DNA of 63,684 nt, counting the filler, from Klebsormidium nitens (lineage: Eukaryota; Plantae; Klebsormidiophyceae), in assembly GCA_000708835.1 (NCBI GenBank). It is 3 parts of 3 records of this genome, joined end to end, with 100 filler letters (N's around TTAATTAATTAA, not from the genome) between each part and the next. Parts side by side here need not be neighbours in the genome. Positions count along the whole stretch, not along the records: positions 31,306 to 61,510 come from DF237771.1; positions 61,611 to 63,684 come from DF238185.1; 1 more part is not named here. The stretch is one strand, 5' to 3'. The translations under genes were made by a program, and so were the position numbers. Shown here in pieces: positions 58,810-63,684 of the stretch; the first letter of the stretch is position 1; each line of letters starts with the position of its first letter. The notes beneath the pieces were generated by a model, which saw nothing but the letters and a program-made list of their open reading frames with translations, did no database searches and had not been told where the DNA came from.

Positions 58810-61510
58810 ACGCGTCAAGAAAGACAGCGGAACTTGTGCATACAGGTGGGCCGGGACGCCCTTACAGTTTTAGAGCACGCTTAAGGACAGGACGGATCAG
58901 CAGTCGGATGCTTAGAATGCAGGCGAAGTGGCCCCCCTCAGTCGATAGACGGGCTTGCATCCCTGCTCAGCGGTAAGGGACCTGAGCGCGGGTTCCCGTC
59001 ACTTCCAGATGCGGAGAGTGGGCGCTGAAGGTGCTATTGCATGTGGGGAAACCACTTGATCATGTTTATTTTTAGTTGCTAGGAGATCAGCGAGCCTCGA
59101 GCGCGCGCAAGCTACGGAGGCCTTTTGAGCGGGTCGTGTTCAAACCTACGGGAGCGGAAGAACATGTACCCTGGCTGAGCCCAGTTTTGACCACATCTTT
59201 GTGTCCTCATTCCTCCTTCTTTGGGGGTACCATGTTGCAAAGTATACTTCCCAGTCATGTCATGTCGAGGGTGCAATTGCTGAACTGATTCGCAGCCTAA
59301 ACATTGACGTGCCCCATCTGGATGAAACATGTCAAAGATTTGCAGGAGTGTTACAAACCGTATAGAAGACAATACCAGCGTAGCAGTTGCTTTAGCTATC
59401 TAACATGCTGCAGACATCCTTAGTGCCCTCGTCAATGACAGACTTTGAGTTCTGACATATGATGGCGTTTGCATGGTGTGCCGCGTACATGCTTCTGCTC
59501 GTATGGTAAAGCCCCTTCAACAACATTGGAAAGCATGTACTAAGGTCACCGTAGGTGCCCTTGCTTGCAACCCTATCTAATGATGGTTTCTTTTCGTAAT
59601 GCCGTAGCCAGTGCGCCCACAGGCTTCTCATGATCAAGCTCCATTGATTGTTTCTCAATTCGTAAGCGACTTGTGATTTCAGGAACCTATCGCAGCAGAG
59701 TCATGCGCCACATGATCGATTTATCTTATCCCCAGCAAAGGTGGCCCACATCTCGCCCACATGCGACCGGGCTATATCGAAATGGCACACAAAGTGCGGT
59801 CATGTTACCTACCAACTACCATTGCTTAAACTGATTGGCTCCTTTTTTCCTGCGGTTGTAATTCTGAGCATTCAACATATCTTTCAGGGTTATCTGAAAT
59901 GCTTCATAATTGCACCCGTTTTTAGATCAAGCTATAACAATTGCGAGGAGAAGCTAGCAAAAGCCACAGCTGCTCACGGCTCGTTCTGGCCAAAGGCCGG
60001 GGTCCGAGTTCGTTGCTTGTGTTGCTAGCTTGCCTTCAACGTGATGAATGAATCATGCAGACCACTGCCAGATGACCTCTTTTCGTTGTCTAAGGCCGCA
60101 CGGTAGCATTGAATCGCGGCCTGAGAGGGAAATAGGACGAGGGCCGAGGAGAAAGTTCTAGTACAGCCTACAAACGATTCTGGCGGATTGCACCTCGATT
60201 TTGTGTCTCGTAGCAGGCTTTCTATTGGCCAAACATGACCACGTGCCTGAAGGGGGCAAATCTTCCTGTGGTCAAGTTACAAGTCTGGACTCTGTACTGA
60301 TTGAAACAGGGTTTAACAAAGGGCAGCGTGCTCCAAAGGAATTTCAAAAACGACGCTGCCCTTGGACACAGCATACTTCGTGCCACAGGCTCATCGACCG
60401 TGGAAGCAATATTCACTAGGCGATAAACCCCAGATTAAAGCAGAAGAGAGTAAAGCTAACCGTTTGCAAACGAGCAGCAAGTGGAATCTGGACTCTGAAG
60501 AAGGGGGCCCCAGCTACGTGCTTCAGTCCCGCCAAACAGCGAGCGCAATGAGGCGAGCGTAAGCTTCCGCAAATGCCGGACGCTCGCTTTTGACGTCACA
60601 AACGAGCGTTAAACGTCACAAACGAGCGTCCGCTTTTTGCGGAATTTTAGCCTGGTCGCCGAGCAATTGCAGTTTGCGGCAAGGTTAAACCTCGTAACCA
60701 ATGCTGACGTAAGCATATGGGTCGGGACTCGGAAGACAGGCTCGCGGGCGTATCGAGCGGAGCCGCCCGGATTTAACATAGATATGCCGAGACTCATGGC
60801 ATGGCGAGAGGGCGATGAACGTCCGATATATGATCCGAAGAGTTTTGAGCAATGCGGCAGACTTGACAAGACTTGACGATGATCAGGCGATGCTGCGCTG
60901 GACACGATTAATATACTACCATCCGAGGCTATATACGTCGAAGATATCGTGGCAGGCTTACACCATGGATGCATGGATCACATGGATGATCCGTTTTATG
61001 AATGATCCATTTCAACCTTTGCCCACAAAACCTGAATCCAATATTATCAAATCTAAAATTAAACCGTCAATTTAGTAGTTCAGTAACTTTGAGTGACAAT
61101 TTCACTAAGTCACTACCGTGTGACCGCCGGGGTCCCACCGGGGTGTGACCGTGACATATTGAACATATGCCAAATATGTTTAAGAACCTGATGCAGCACT
61201 GCAGCAATTGAATTGCATGTGAGCAGGGATGCATGATTTCCAATCATACAACTTTTATGTGCTTGCATATACGTGCCGATGTGCGTTTCGGATGCTGGCA
61301 TGGGCCCATGGTACCATGGTACAGCTAGTAAGCTATGGTGGATGATTGAAAGTCAAAAATTACTTTGATAGACCTTTAATATGCTTGCCAACCAGCAATT
61401 CGATTGCACCTCGAAACCCCTCTCGAGTGCCAATACGGTCAAATGGACACTCGAGCCGAGCTTTGTAACGATTACGACTGGTTAAGCCTAACCTCGTTCT
61501 CGACAGGATT

Positions 61511-61610
61511 NNNNNNNNNNNNNNNNNNNNNNNNNNNNNNNNNNNNNNNNNNNNTTAATTAATTAANNNNNNNNNNNNNNNNNNNNNNNNNNNNNNNNNN
61601 NNNNNNNNNN
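61511..61610. other. Artificial assembly gap linker
   Basis: 44 N + TTAATTAATTAA + 44 N. Confidence 0.97.
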
Positions 61611-63684
61611 GTTCGGGAACAAGGGAACCTTGTGGGCATAGGAAGGCGGCTTGGTTGAGCTGCTGTGTGCGACATCGACGGGAAAGCGTCTGGTCACTCC
61701 GCAGAACGTGATGTATGTCCTAGGAGTTGCGGCAAACCTGATCTCGGTGAGCAAGGCAATCAAGGTCGCATCAGTGTTGTTCAAGGAAACGGCAACTGTG
61801 GGCTTGAGGTTGACGGGGGGGTAGTCCTTGTAGCTCGAAAAGTGAAAGGGATCTACGTGGTCGACCGGGCGGAGAACGCAGAATCTAAAAAAGTGGTTGG
61901 AAAGGGGCCGCTTTCGAAACAGGAGCGGAAGGGCGCCGCGCCGGGGGAGGACGCGTGTTTGTTCCTGAGAAAGCCGGAAACGGCCGAGCTGTGGCACCGA
62001 CGGATGGGGCATGCCGGGTATGAGAACTTGGCGAAGACGGTGCAAGACAACCTTGCTGAGGGTGTCGGCGTGAAACGGTGGGCGTTTAGGGCGCTCAAAA
62101 CCTCGGTGTGTGAGCCTTGCATCATGGGGAAGCAAACGCGGCTCCCCTTCCTGGAATCGAGGTCGGCGAGCACGGAGCCTCTCGAGCTGAGCCACATGGA
62201 CGTCTGCGGGCCGATGCTGGTCCCCTCGGTCGGGGGTAACCGAAAGTTCGCCACGTTTCCGGACGACTACAGCAAGCTCTCGGTTGTAGTCCCCATGAAG
62301 CAGAAGAGCAAGGTGGCCAAGGTGACCGAGCACGTGATCAACCGGGTGGAGTTGCAATCCGGGAAGAAGCTCAGGCCGGTGCGGACGGATCGGGGGAAGG
62401 AGTACGTCAATAAGGCCCTTAAAGACGTGTTCGGGTTCAAGGGGACGGTTCACGACAAGATCGCCCCCTACACGGCCGAGCAGAATGTGTCGGCAGAGCG
62501 CCTCAATCGGCAATGGAAGAGAAGGTCCGGGCAATGCTCGAGGATAAGGGGCTGCCCAAAGAGATGTGGGCGGAGGCGGTTGTGACGGCCAACCACACTC
62601 GGAACCGGACCAGTGAGTGCACACGGAAGGACCCCTTGGAAGGCATTCTACGGCAAGAAGCCCAATGTGGGCCCGGCACATGCGGGTGTTTGGGGCGCGA
62701 GCCTACAGGCACGTTCTGGCGGAGTTGTCAGAAGTTGGATCCGGTAAGCGAGCGGTGTGTGTTCGTGGGGTATGAGCCGGACTCCTAGGCGTACCGGGTG
62801 CTCCGGGAGAGCGACGGGAGGATCATAATCTCATGGGACGTCATCTTTAATGAGGGCGAGGGGGACAACGGGGTTGTTGAGCTAAGCTCCAACCCCACGG
62901 AGGGATCCCAAGAGGCGGCCGGCGAGCGCGACACCGTGCCCGCACACGCGCACGCGCCCGCGAGCGACCGCTGCCGCGACGCACGCACGATTTCCGAAAC
63001 CGACCAAGTTTCGGAAACGGTGCGAGAGCGCAGAGCAGAGCCGGAAGAGATTGCGGAGGACATAGGAATGCCAACATCGGCTGCTCAGAGGTACCCCGCG
63101 CGTGAGAGACACGCGCCTGGTGAGTGGTACCGCGCCAACTTGGCGGCGAATACGGAAGCCAGAGAACACCCAGGAACGGGGGAGCACTCAGAAGCGCAGA
63201 GTTCTCAGGAAGCCGTAGGGGGAGACGAGAGAGGCCTCTGGCGGAAGTCAATGGACGAGGAAATGCGTTCTCTATTGGAGAACGGGACGTGGAAGACCGT
63301 CGAAAACCCGGAAAGGGTCAAGCCGGTTCCCATAAAGTGGGTTTACAAGATTAAACGGGACGCTCACGGGACTGTGGGGCGGTACAAGTCCCGGCTGGTG
63401 GCGAAGGGCTACTGCAGAAGCATGGGATTGACTTCGACGAGGTCTACGCCCCAGTGAGTAAGCACATGCCGTTGCGTGCGCTGTTGGCGGCGGTTGCGGA
63501 GCACGATTTGGATCTGCATCAATTGGACGTCAAAACGTCGTTCCTTAACGGGGAGCTCGAGGAGGAGATCTACATGCAGCAGCCGCTGGGATACGAGCAA
63601 GGTGGTCCGTAGAAGGTCTGCCGCCTCAAGCGCACCTTGTACGGGTGCCAGGCGCCGCGTGCGTGGCACATGCGCCTGAAGGAG
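61611..63684 (+). mobile_element. Degenerate Ty1/copia LTR retrotransposon pol fragment, truncated by the gap and the window end
   Basis: Copia domain order: GAG-pre-integrase (LWHRRMGH), integrase (HMDVCGP, RTDRGKEY, AEQN..AERLNR), CVFVGYEPDS, RT (WVYKIKRD...[10 protein letters not shown]; [22 protein letters not shown]). Frameshifts near 62510 and 63410, in-frame TAGs at 62786 and about 63609. No LTR is visible. Confidence 0.93.

Noticed and set aside
59392-61075. Short ORFs downstream of the HD-B3 gene (also 39238-39459 and 14813-15121)
   Set aside because: No splice-consistent chain or family motif could be identified.

Overview
Intron-rich (GT-AG) eukaryotic nuclear DNA from a green alga/plant. 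A B3 domain together with a ZF-HD-class homeobox points to a streptophyte; a Klebsormidium-like charophyte is an inference. Two 100-bp artificial gap linkers (N44-TTAATTAATTAA-N44) split the window into three contigs. Genes that can be spliced by eye: nucleolar GTPase NOG2 (+), a degenerate Crinkler-like P-loop NTPase (-), an F-box/LRR-like gene (+), eIF3L (-), 6-phosphogluconolactonase (+), an interrupted RRM-CCHC-P-loop NTPase-BRCT-BAH gene (+), SnRK1 alpha (-), YEATS/YAF9 (+), a homeodomain-B3 fusion transcription factor (+), and a decayed Ty1/copia pol. One NOG2 intron holds a MITE-like element. The most striking signals are: (1) introns of SnRK1 and eIF3L filled with tandem, decaying copies of their own splice junctions (up to 11 copies of about 100 bp in one intron); (2) a ZF-HD-type homeodomain joined to an ABI3/LAV-type B3 domain in one spliced frame; (3) an RRM/zinc knuckle/NTPase/BRCT/BAH architecture I do not recognise. 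All exon calls were made by manual frame and splice-site reading; no database searches were run.
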